A DNA stretch of 27,464 nucleotides, taken from contig NW_021834088.1 in the NCBI RefSeq assembly GCF_006345805.1, forward strand, positions 1 to 27,464, in the 5' to 3' direction. The translations under genes and the position numbers were made by a program. The notes below the pieces were generated by a model, which was given only the letters and a program-made list of their open reading frames with translations, had not been told where the DNA came from and made no database searches. This DNA is from Octopus sinensis. Lineage: Eukaryota. Below are positions 10,981-22,151 of the stretch, one piece after another (the first letter of the stretch is position 1; every line of letters begins with the position of its first letter).

Positions 10981-11397
10981 TTACTCTTTACTCTTTTACT
11001 TGTTTCAGTCATTTGACTGTGGCCATGCTTGAGCACCGCCTTTAGTTGAGCAAATCTACCCCAGAACTTATTCTTTGTAAGCCTAGTACTTATTCTATCG
11101 TTCTCTTTTGCCGAACCGCTAGGTGACGGGGACGTAGACACACCAGCATCTGTTGTCAAGCGATGTTGGGAGGACAAACACAGACACACAAACATACACT
11201 CACACACACATACACACACATATATATATATACTTATATACGACGGGCTTCTTTCACTTTCCGTCTACCAAATCCACTCAAAAGGCTTTGGTCGGCCCGA
11301 CGCTATAGTAGAAGACACTTACCCAAGGTGCCACGTAGTGGGACTGAACCCGGAACCATGTGGTTCGTAAGCAAGCTACTTACCACACAGCCACTTC
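10981..11397 (-). mobile_element. Near full-length CORE-type SINE (OR2-like)
   Basis: Reverse complement of head GTGGCTGTGTGGTAAGTAGCTTGC through the 3' end GCAGTCAAATGACTGAAACAAGTAAAAGAG-like tail; internal (CA)(TA) run. Confidence 0.88.
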
Positions 11398-11409
11398 TAG
11401 GCCTATATA

Positions 11410-11471
<62 letters not shown>

Positions 11472-11590
11472 CAAAATAAGCAACAAGTGTTTGATAAAAT
11501 GAAGTAGCATGAAACAATTGTACTACTCAACCTTGGATATACTTGTTGCTTATTTTGATTATAATCACCCCATTTGATTTATATGGATAA

Positions 11591-12017
11591 CTAGCAGTAT
11601 CGCCCGGCGTTGCTCGGGTTTGTAAGGGAAATAACTATATAAGCATTTTTAGACAGTTACTTCCCTTATAGATGCCAATTCGGGCTTTCTTAGCCATTTT
11701 TGTTTTGGTGTCTTCAAGCCATGACGTCGTTGTTCTAAAAGAACGCTGGTCTCCTTGACAACGCATTACGACGTTGATTTCCTTACACTCCCTTCCCCAC
11801 AGCTTCACGAGGGAGGGAAGAAGGGGGAGAAGCAAACACAGGTGCAGGTGTTTGAGCGTGGACGCCAACTCCGCCGCCATCGACACACGCGCTCGATATG
11901 AATCACGACTATAAGATACCCGGTTTTGGTTAAACTGCACCGCAAAATGTGGGAGGAGTTAGGAATCTAAATCGTAGGAGACAGACACTCACACAACTAC
12001 AGTTTTATATATATAGA
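11591..12017 (-). mobile_element. Non-autonomous Helitron (427 bp)
   Basis: On the minus strand it begins A|TCTATATATATAAAAC and ends CTAG|T, with a subterminal hairpin CCCGAGCAACGCCGGG (11603-11618) and no TSD. These are canonical Helitron termini and an AT target. Confidence 0.8.
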
Positions 12018-12083
12018 TACCATACAAAATTCTGGTGCCTTTAACTTAAGTACCATGTTCATCTGAATCTAAATTTTGCTGAA

Positions 12084-12120
<37 letters not shown>

Positions 12121-12189
12121 CTTTTATCTCTTACGCACACACACACATACATATATTTATATACGTCTTTTATCTCTTATGTATATCAT

Positions 12190-12563
12190 TTATCTCATGG
12201 ACTGCAGTCATGTTGGTGCATCGCCTTGATGGGTTTCGCAGTACAAATCGACCCCCAGTTCCTATCCTGATACTTATCTTATCTTATCCCACTTTTGCCG
12301 AATTCCTAAGTTTCTGCCGTAAACAAACCAATACCGGTCGACCACCGGTAGTAAGTGAAAAACACGTACACAAAGACATGCTCACCTATATGTATATAGT
12401 ATTGTCGACAGGCTTCTTTTAGTTTCCTTCTACCAAATTCACTCGCAAGTCTTTGGTTGGCCTGGGGCTATAGTATAAAATACTCGCCCAAAAAGTGCCA
12501 CGTAGTGGAACCGAACCTGGGACCATGTGGTTGGGAAGTGTACTACTTTACCACACAGCCACT
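12190..12563 (-). mobile_element. Old, diverged CORE-type SINE
   Basis: Degenerate reverse-complement match (CTTTACCACACAGCCAC head, GTGCCACGTAGTGGAACCGAACC, ACTGCAGTCATGTTGG tail). Confidence 0.75.
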
Positions 12564-13030
12564 ATGTATATTACTTGTGTGTGCATGTATGTGCGTGTGC
12601 TTGTTTAAGTATGTGTGTGAAAATGTGACTGAGTGATTGTAAGAGTATGTGTGTCTGTGTGTAGGTGTGTATGTGTGCGTGTGTTCGCGAAAGCTTCGAC
12701 AGAGTGAGAAACGTCACCAATTAACAAATCAATCGAAGTATACATTTCTTGATTTAGATTAATTTATCTTTCACACTATCTCCTTATATACGCGCGTATG
12801 CGCTCGCGGGGGCGGGGACCCAGCGTATGTGTGCGTATACTTGTGTAAGGGACCATGAGTGTATATGTACGAGTGTCGATGTGTGTGTGTAAACATATTC
12901 CACTATGAAACTAGAGATAACTCACTAAATATTCCGTCGTTCGTCCATAAATATCGTTCGCTCTTCGCTCGGACTGTATTTTATTATTATTAAAATCGTT
13001 TTGTGTATGTGTGTATGTGTGTGTGTGTGT

Positions 13031-13060
13031 GATCGAGTGTGTATGAGTAAGCGTGTGAAT

Positions 13061-13102
<42 letters not shown>

Positions 13103-13264
13103 TCGAGTGTGTATGAGTAAGCGTGTGAATGAGTGTGTGTGTGTGTGTGTGTATGTGTGTGTGTGATCGAGTGTGTATGAGTAAGCGTGTGAATGAGTGT
13201 GTGTGTGTGTATGTGTATGTGTGTTTGTGTGATCGAGTGTGTATGAGTAAGCGTGTGAATGAGT
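13031..13264. repeat. Minisatellite: 4 identical 34-bp cores separated by variable (TG)n
   Basis: GATCGAGTGTGTATGAGTAAGCGTGTGAATGAGT at 13031, 13101, 13165 and 13231 (periods 70, 64, 66). Confidence 0.9.
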
Positions 13265-13283
13265 ATGTGTGTGTGTGTGTGTG

Positions 13284-13332
<49 letters not shown>

Positions 13333-13798
13333 AGTTATGTGCTATACAGAGGCATATGTATTGGGATAACAGCTATGATGCAAGTACATAGCTCAATACG
13401 TCAAGTCACATGCCTCTCTAAACGTTGTCCACTCTTTTAACACACAGACACAAACACCCACTAAACACGGGTGCGCTTTTACTCACGGCTTGGTACGTGT
13501 ATATACGCACGTATCTTCGCGTACCCGGACGTGTGTGTGTTGTGTATGTGTATGTGTCTGTTAGCGCGTGTGTGTGTGTGCGTGTGTGATGTTATATATG
13601 TGGGAGTACGTACGGAAAGAGACACATACAAACGTGTAAATACATTTGAATATACGATTAAGGAATTAAATTAAAAAGACCCCAGTAGAAGTTTATATGT
13701 CATTAGTGAGGGATACAGGTTAACTATGGTACGGACGTTTCACCAGCAACGTATCGTCAAGGATTGAGAACACGTTTATATATATATACATACATACA

Positions 13799-14150
13799 GG
13801 TGCAGGAGTGGCTGTATGGTAAGTAGCTTGCTTACCGACCACATGGTTCCGGGTTCAGTCCCACTGCGTCGCACCTTGGGCAAGTGTCTTCTACTATAGC
13901 TTTGGGCCGACCAAAGCCTTGTGAGTGGATCTGGTAGACAGAAACTGGATGTGTGTATTTTTCCTTTTGTTTACAAATATATGTGCCTGTGTTTGTCCTC
14001 CCACCATCGCTTCACAACCGGTGTTGGTGTGTTTACGTCCCCCTAACTTAGCGGTTCGGAAAAAGATATCGATAGAATAATTACTAGGCTTACAAAGAAT
14101 ATGTCGATTTGTTCGACTAAAGGCAGTGCTCCAGCACAGCCGCAGTCAAA

Positions 14151-14151
<1 letters not shown>
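13799..14151 (+). mobile_element. Full-head CORE-type SINE (OR2-like)
   Basis: GGTGCAGGAGTGGCTGTATGGTAAGTAGC...GGGTTCAGTCCC, GCACCTTGGGCAAGTGTCTT, ending GCAGTCAAAT. Confidence 0.88.
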
Positions 14152-14190
<39 letters not shown>

Positions 14191-14191
14191 T

Positions 14192-14253
<62 letters not shown>

Positions 14254-14284
14254 TGATACACACATACATACATACATACATACA

Positions 14285-14317
<33 letters not shown>

Positions 14318-14348
14318 GGGTGTATGGGTGGATAGATGGGTATATATA

Positions 14349-14465
14349 CAGAGTGGGCTATAATAATGGAGCACATTTTAAATGCTAATGTCTTGGATTA
14401 TAAAAATGTCATAGAGTACCAAATATATTCATTACATAACTGTCCCAAGATTATGGCTCACCCTG
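14349..14465. mobile_element. 117-bp Tc1/mariner-type MITE remnant
   Basis: TA|CAGAGTGGGCTATAAT...ATTATGGCTCACCCTG|TA: 16-bp TIRs with 3 transition mismatches, and TA on both flanks. Confidence 0.6.
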
Positions 14466-15019
14466 TATGTGCATATATTGGTATAGCCATATATATACAT
14501 GTACATGTGTTTGTGTGTGCCTAACTTTCTATACATATACATAGGTAGGGAAATAGACAGAAAGAAAGAAAGAAAGATAGAGATAGAGAGAGAGGAAAGG
14601 TAGGGAGAAAGCTATACAATCTGTGAGATTCAGGAAGAGAGAGAGAGAGAGGGAGAGAGAGGGAGAGTGAAAGTGAGAAACGTTACGTTTACTGCTAAAA
14701 CGTTACGTAAAGCTTACTGGATGGATGACTGGGTCATCAGGAAAAAGGTTTGCCTTCCCATAATCTATGGAGCCAACCACACTTATAGATTAAGATATTC
14801 GTTACAGCTGGCTCTCAAGCACACACACACATGCGCGCGCATACAGAAACACATATACAGAAGCATATATATTTAGAATGCCAACAGGTGCATTATAGAA
14901 TGATCATAAAAACAAATCTCAGGCGTACTAATAGTTAGAATAGCTACGTGCTATAAAGAATCTAAAAGCAAAGCTTGAGTGTAGTCTTCAGGCCATTGAC
15001 CTGAAATGAGTAAATTAAA

Positions 15020-15225
15020 TTCTTTCTGAATTTGGCACAAAACCAGAAATGTTTAGAGGAAGAGGAAGTCAATTACATAAACCCCAGTCGAACATTGGTA
15101 CTTGGTTTAACAACTTCGAAAGAATGAAAGACAAAGTCGGCTTTGAATTCAGAAACTATATAACCGGAAGAAGATGTTACGCATTTTGCACGGCGCATTA
15201 ACGATTATTCCAGCTCGCCGCTTTA
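15020..15225 (-). mobile_element. Diverged Deu/Nin SINE
   Basis: GAATGAAAGACAAAGTCGGC, TTTGAATTCAGAA and CCAGCTCGCCGC match the reverse complement of the family. Confidence 0.7.
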
Positions 15226-15276
15226 ATCAGTAAATGAAGAAAAAATAAAAGAATATATATATATATATATATATGA

Positions 15277-15471
15277 TTTTGTTATGAATTACATTTTGTC
15301 AGTACCGGTTTCTGCCTTTTCGACTTTTTCAACTAAGAGTAAAACTAAGGTGGATATTAACCAAGAAGAAAAACAATTTAATTAATATCCACCTTTGTTT
15401 TACTCCAAGTTGGAAAAGTCGAAAAGGCAAAATCCGGTACTAACCATTACAAAGTGTATTTCATGATAAAA
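15277..15471. repeat. Long inverted repeat (fold-back or MITE-like hairpin)
   Basis: Core arms 15302-15360 and 15382-15440 (59 bp, 6 mismatches) around a 21-nt loop; weaker similarity extends to 15277 and 15471. Confidence 0.8.
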
Positions 15472-15544
15472 GTATTTTAGCAATTTCTACCTTGTCTTAT
15501 TTTCTTTATACATATCAACTTGTGTGTCACTTTTCGACATTCTA

Positions 15545-15830
15545 CAATGTTCCGGATTCAGTCCCACTGCGTGGCAATTTCGGCAAATGTCTTCTACTAT
15601 AGCTACGGGCTGACCAAAGCCTTGTGAGTGGATTTTGGTAGACGGAAACTGAAAGAAGCCCGTCGTATATATGTATATATACATGCATTTAATTGTCTTC
15701 CCATCGTCGCTTGATAACCGATATTGGTGTGTTTACGTCCCCATAACTAAGCGGTTCGGCACAAGAAACCGATAGAATAAGTACTACAAGGCATGGCCGC
15801 AGCCAAACGACTGACACAAGTAAAAATAAA
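15545..15830 (+). mobile_element. Diverged CORE-type SINE
   Basis: GGATTCAGTCCCACTGCGTGGCA, CTTGTGAGTGGATTTTGGTAGACGGAAACTGAAAGAAGCCCGTCG, GGTGTGTTTACGTCCCC. Confidence 0.8.
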
Positions 15831-15864
15831 AAAAGAAAAAGAAAAAATATATATTATTTTTTTT

Positions 15865-16355
15865 ATTTGCTTCAGTTATTTGACTACGGGCATACTGGGT
15901 CAACGACTTGAAAGGTTTTAATCGAACAAATCGAACCCAGGACTTATTCTTTTACACCTAGCACTTATTTTATCTGACACTTTTGCCGAAATGTTCAGTT
16001 ACGGGAACGTAAACACACCGACAGACACAAAGACTCATAGAAATATATATATGCTTGATCGCAAAATCCACAATTTTTTTATTCTCTCTTCTGTTGAAGA
16101 GCATAGGTTTGAAACGTAAAAGACTTTCTCACTTCCCCGAGCGTCAAAGTGATATAACTGATTGTTGTTAATACACCTGTCTGTAAATACACCTGTAAAA
16201 TTCATCAATACACACATACACACACACACAGATACAGACACACATACACACACAGATACAGACACACACACACACACACACATGACGGACTTCTTTCAGT
16301 TTCCCCCTACCAAATCCACTCACAAGGCTTTGGTCTGCCCGAGGCTATAGTAAAA
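15865..16355 (-). mobile_element. Diverged CORE-type SINE interrupted by an unrelated fragment (about 16053-16200)
   Basis: 3' half at 15865-16030 and 5' part at 16282-16355 (GACGGACTTCTTTCAG, AAATCCACTCACAAGGCTTTGG), both in minus orientation. Confidence 0.65.
16085..16124 (+). ncRNA. Degenerate hammerhead-like motif (CUGUUGA variant)
   Basis: TCTCTT-CTGTTGA-A-GAGC ATAG GTTT-GAAACGT-A-AAAGA has the same layout as the 6368-6413 motif, but with an A6->U core change and a weak stem II. Confidence 0.3.
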
Positions 16356-16415
16356 GTCGCTTTCCCAATTGCATCTGAATTAGATATAAAGAACCATACA
16401 TACTTAAACATAAAT

Positions 16416-16725
16416 ACATACATACATACATACATACATACATACATACATACATACATACATACATACATACATACATACATACATACAACACACTGCC
16501 TAAATGTCTCAAAACCAAAAAGGAATAAGCTAATTCGAAAGCTAGAGATTCAATCCATCACTGAAACTGTAAAAATCTGTAAAACTTTCCAGGAATTTGT
16601 CAGGTAAATATATATGAGCATGTCTAGATATGCAGCTATGTGCATGAGAATATATACACAAAGCATACAAATCTGCACATACATGCATAATACGTACATA
16701 CATACATACATACATACATACATAC

Positions 16726-16756
<31 letters not shown>

Positions 16757-17021
16757 CATACATACATACATACATACATACATACATACATACATACAAA
16801 AATACCCTGTTGTTGCTGTTGAAATTCCAATGAAGGAATCTTGGATCTAGGTTAGGAATCGGTTCTTTCTCTATTGGCAAGAAATCTTGAAATAAACTGA
16901 ATAATGACATACATACATACATACATACATACATACATACATACACACATACATACATACATACATACATACATACATACATACATGCATGCATGCATAC
17001 ATACATACATACATACATACA

Positions 17022-17055
<34 letters not shown>

Positions 17056-17517
17056 CATGCATACATACATACATGCATACATACATACATATATACATGC
17101 ATACATACATGCATGCATACATACATACATACATACATACATACATACATACACGCATACATACCTACATACATACATACATGCATGCATGCATAGATAC
17201 ATACATGCATACATACATACATACATACATACATACATACATACATACATGCATGCATGCATACATGCATACATACATACATACATACATGCATATATAC
17301 ATACATACATACATACATACATACATACATACATACATACACGCATACATACATACCTACATTCATACATACATGCATGCATGCATGCATACATACATAT
17401 ATACATACTTACATACATACATACATACATACATGCATACATGCATAGATACATACATGCATACATACATACATACATACATACATACATACATACATAC
17501 ATACATACATACATACA
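16416..17517. repeat. Extended (CATA)n/(CATG) microsatellite field with short unique islands
   Basis: Arrays at about 16416-16490, 16690-16797 and 16908-17517. Confidence 0.95.
16808..16908 (+). mobile_element. Isolated 3'-UTR fragment related to the R4-like LINE
   Basis: TGTTGTTGCTG..TTCCAATGAAGGAATCTT..CTAGGTTAGGAA aligns by eye with the LINE 3' UTR near 7836-7890 (TGTTGTTGTT..TTCCAATGATGGATCTT..CTATTTTAGAA). It has AATAAA at 16891-16896, then (CATA)n. Confidence 0.5.
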
Positions 17518-17870
17518 GCTTCCACCGTGGCGACTATACGAAAACCGAATACAAGGACTAATAAGAAAGGAAGCAAACAGCTTCATAGACACATTTAAAA
17601 CGCCACTCACAGCAATAACAACACTAATAACACAATCAACATCACAACTACAACAATGAAAAACAACATCAGCAACAGCAACAACAGGCAACTGTTCATT
17701 GTAGGCATTTGACTCTTCCGACATTGTGTATGGGTCTATATACATATATTTGTGTATGTGTGCGTGTTTGCAGAAATAAATATATTCGCATATATAATCT
17801 TTATAGGTGTACATATAATTATATATATATATATGTATATAAGCATTTTTGTGAATGCATGTATATATAT

Positions 17871-17920
<50 letters not shown>

Positions 17921-17990
17921 GAGGAGAATTCACAAAAAAAGACAAAAGACGATGTATGTATGTATGTATGGATGTACGTATGTATGTATG

Positions 17991-18950
17991 TGTTTATTGG
18001 ACACCCTGCAGAATGAAAAACAAAACCCGTCAAAGGGCAGAGGAACTCTTGAGAGTCAACGGCCATCCAATAAATGTCTTAAGGCTGTGTCATGCACAGG
18101 GACATAGAAATAATCGGACTGAATACCCGATCGCGCGGTTAAACATTTGGAAATGAAGGACTCCCAGCCTTTGTTAGGGTATCCTTCTAGGAGAAGGTAA
18201 CTCAGGTAACTGGGATAACTCCGACATAAAACCTGCGGCTCAGTGGTTACCGATGATGTTGACTTGTTCTTCTTTTCGGATTATGGTTGCTGTTGCTTAG
18301 TGAGTGGGATTGACTCAGTGCACAGCCTTTCCTCACTTTAAAAAAAATCTTCTTGCACAGGCATTGCACGATAACAACATTGATTAAGCTTCGTGCAATG
18401 GCCATACTCGATAACGATGGGGCAGCCACCATGTATGTATGTATGTATGTATGTATGTATGTATGATGTATGTAGTATGTATGTATGTATGGATGTACGT
18501 ATGTATGTATGTGTTTATTGGACACCCTGCAGAATGAAAAACAAAACCCGTCAAAGGGCAGAGGAACTCTTGAGAGTCAACGGCCATCCAATAAAGTCTT
18601 AAGGCTGTGTCATGCACAGGGACATAGAAATAATCGGACTGAATACCCGATCGCGCGGTTAAACATTTGGAAATGAAGGACTCCCAGCCTTTGTTAGGGT
18701 ATCCTTCTAGGAGAAGGTAACTCAGGTAACTGGGATAACTCCGACATAAAACCTGCGGCTCAGTGGTTACCGATGATGTTGACTTGTTCTTCTTTTCGGA
18801 TTATGGTTGCTGTTGCTTAGTGAGTGGGATTGACTCAGTGCACAGCCTTTCCTCACTTTAAAAAAAATCTTCTTGCACAGGCATTGCACGATAACAACAT
18901 TGATTAAGCTTCGTGCAATGGCCATACTCGATAACGATGGGGCAGCCACC
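17991..18950. repeat. Near-perfect tandem duplication of a ~440-bp repeat fragment plus (TATG)n (unit 520-521 bp)
   Basis: 17991-18430 matches 18512-18950; the only difference seen is a 1-nt indel (TAAATGTC vs TAAAGTC). The internal CCTTCTAGGAGAAGGTAACTC resembles RTE-type 5' UTR motifs (recall only). Confidence 0.9.
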
Positions 18951-19113
18951 ATGTATGTATGTATGTATGTATGTATGTATGTAGGTATGTATGTATGTAT
19001 GTATGTATGTATGTATGTATGTATGTATGTATGCATGCATGCATGCATGTATGTATGTATGTATGTATGTATGTATGTATGTATGCATGTATGTATGTAT
19101 GTATGTATGTATA
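18951..19113. repeat. (TATG)n microsatellite
   Basis: Directly visible; abuts the 3' end of the minus-strand LINE. Confidence 0.95.
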
Positions 19114-19114
19114 T

Positions 19115-21400
19115 GCAATTTTATTTAAGTTCTCTTTTAAGAGAGATCAAGCCAGTCACTAACAAAGCGAGAAGACTTTTAGCGTCAAGAGAGTTCCAGG
19201 TGTTTGTAAATATATGGTTATATGTAATAGTTGGTCGAGCAGTCGATGTGTATGCATTTCTTCACATAAGAGTCTCAGATGGAGAATCCTTGGAATGTCT
19301 TACAAATCTTCATTGCTGCTGTTAAATTGGGTTTGGAGAATATTCGCCGATTTCTTTTGCTCTTTCTCCGAAAAGCTTAGTATTACTAAGTTTTTGTGTA
19401 ATTTATAGACTGAGTCCAAGAACTGTAAGTTGCACATTAATTCGCCAAAAATGTTCTTTTTCCTGGACTTTTGATGGTACATTCACTTCCACCAGGCAGC
19501 CGACTTCTATAGCAGTGCATGACTTTCTGTTCCCTGTCCCATAGAATAATATCAGATGTGTTCTGTTTGCACCGAATTACTGTTGTTCACTGGAGTATTC
19601 CTCCAGTATTCCTTGCTTTTAACGGTGTAAATACATGCTGGTTTGTACATGCCTTTGGTGTATACACCAGGGCAGTCCTTCCTGTGGATAGCTTTGTAAT
19701 TAATCCTTGCAGCAATATCATGTCTCAGGAGCATGTAGCATCTCGTAGACATTTTGGGGGCAGCTGCTGATAAGGTTAGTGATATCTTCCACACTGGCAG
19801 ACATTTTCAATCACAACATTGAGGTTTTCTGGTATCTTTGTCCCTCTTATTTATCAGGTATTTAGTAGTTATCTACTGTTCCTGGACAGCGAACGTATAT
19901 CCTTCTAAGTGGGATGCAATGTATCTATCACCGATCCAGAAGAGGTTACTCGTCCTGTCAGAGATAGAAGATAAAGCTATGCATAGCTCTATGGTGGTAT
20001 GATACCTGCTTCCCTTCCAAGCTTCTGTTTAGTTAAGCCAGTGCAGCCTCTTTTCGGTCGCATGAGACAGTTGTATTCTCAAAGTACCTGCTTAGTGGTT
20101 CTCCAACTTTGAAGATGTTGCTCTCACCCTTGAGTATTACACGGAACGTACTCGTTTCTTTCTTTAATGTTCAGCAGCTGCTGTGTGAGTGATCTAATGC
20201 GGCATTCAAAGTTTCTCGTCACTTACCTTATGCCTCTACCGCCATCACTTCGTCTCACACACATCCTATCGGTGTCGCTGTTAATGCGTAAGTTGCTAGT
20301 GGTGGTCAGTACCTTCCTTTTTAAAATGTACAGGTTGCAGATCTCGTCAAGTATCCAGTCCAATATTCAAACTTTTGGTACTAGCATTGTCACTTCAAAA
20401 GCGTTGTGGTCTTGTGAAATGCAGGCAGCTCAGAGTTCCATATTTTCCGGGGTTTACAGAGGTACTCTTTGTTAGTCTGGTTTTAGTCACAGCACCAGCC
20501 TATGTAACATTCTCATCAATTCTGAGACCGGCCTTTGACGTACATGTTCTCTGTTCTGACGACAATCTTTCTGCGATTGATTATCATGTATGAGCATTTA
20601 TCTTGCCCAAACTCTATGTCTATGTATCGTGAGAATGTTGTGACTAATTCTAATTGTCTCTTGATTTTGATCATATTACCGGAATATAACTTCAGGTCAT
20701 CAACAAAATATGTGTGGGCGACATTAATTTTATTCTTTCCTGCATATCCCAGAATGTAGCCTTGGCATTTTGATAACAGAGCTGACAAGAGATTCTCTCC
20801 CAGTACAAACAACATTACAGATAAACTATCAGTCTGGAATTTACCGTTTGATAACTTAATTATGTTTGTAAACAATAGGTGTTGCTTTTGTAATTGTCAG
20901 TGATAACTGAGTGGACCATGTTGTGATTAGTCTTTCAATGGCATTCACTGCAGTAGCTGGTTCTTTGGCAAGGTGTAGTAATTCTATCACCCATGAGAGA
21001 GAGAAAGAGTCGAAGGTATTTCTGTAGTCGGGCGATACTGTTAAGAGATTACGGTGATGCTGCTTCGTTTCCTTAAGGTTGAGAAGAAACCGTTTAGCAC
21101 AGCCCCAGACTCCTCTCTTTCCTCCTGCCAGTTCATCAGTTATCAAGCTATTTGTTTGGCAGTGGTCTTGGAGGAACATATTTAGAAAAACCTGTGTACA
21201 GTTTGTACTTAACATTCAATCTTGCTATGGACCTATTGTTTTTGGTCGCATGGGTATCTTTGCTCTTTAAGATAAGAGTCGTTCATGCAACCGTCAGCCA
21301 ATCTGGTATAACTAGCTCAGTATCCAATTTTTTTTAAACAGAGTCGTGAGAATTTCCTTTTAGAACGTGTGCTTCTTGTACAATACTGTGTATGGATGCC
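19115..21400 (-). mobile_element. Decayed 5'-truncated R4/Dong-like non-LTR retrotransposon (RT plus RLE)
   Basis: ORFs 20856-21215 and 20516-20875 encode RT subdomains (GGKRGVWGC, DYRNTFDS, FQTDSLS, YFVDDLKLY at about 20690-20710, FGQDKC). ORF 19552-19794 carries PKMSTRCY..LRHD, and IEVGC lies near 19500. Multiple stops and frameshifts. Confidence 0.92.
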
Positions 21401-22151
21401 TGTTTCTATATATTCTTTACTACCAAGAGATTTATAACAATATCTTTCCCAAATCAAAACCTACCGTTTTTAATAGAAAAACGGGTCACATTTTATATTG
21501 TAATCTTGGGTACGCTACTTTTGGCGAAATATAAGATGGACGTGGTTAAAATGTCTGTAACCATAGCTTTAGTCTACTCAGTCATAATTAATCATGTGAA
21601 AAAACAACAATGACATCGAGAGCAACAAGTGTGAAGTACCCTTATTGGAATGTTAATCCCTCTTGCCCTCCTATTTCACACTAAATGTTGTATATGTTAT
21701 ATTTTATCTTAGAAACGACCATTATCAACAGAATTTCTCTGACGCTGGTGATCCACTGTAAAAGAGCCTAAGTTGTCGAATGTCCTGCTAGATGGACTCC
21801 CAACTTTTTAAATAACGGACAGATTGTATTTATGTATTTACTGAATCTCAAAAGAATGACGGAGTGGATGGTTATTACAGAAAATCATTTTGACCTAAGA
21901 AATGATCTGTGTTTAAAAGAACATCATTGATAATATTTTAACTCAGGCACAACGCCAGAAGATTTTATGAAGAGGGGTTAGTTAAAACCTTCGAACTCAG
22001 TACTTGAATTGTGCTTTATAGTATAGATACTCCACCCACAAGGGATGAAAGACGAAGTTAATCTCTGTAGGATTTGATCTCAAAGCACCAAGAACCGGAA
22101 CATACGCCACATAATATGTTTTCGATGCACAAACGATATAACCTATCTACC

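Noticed and set aside
11635-11940. 101-aa ORF as a secreted-protein gene
   Set aside because: Lies wholly inside a Helitron and has no recognisable domain; kept only as possible cargo.
13031-13264. CRISPR-like repeat-spacer appearance
   Set aside because: Spacers are (TG)n rather than unique sequence, there are no cas genes, and the context is eukaryotic.
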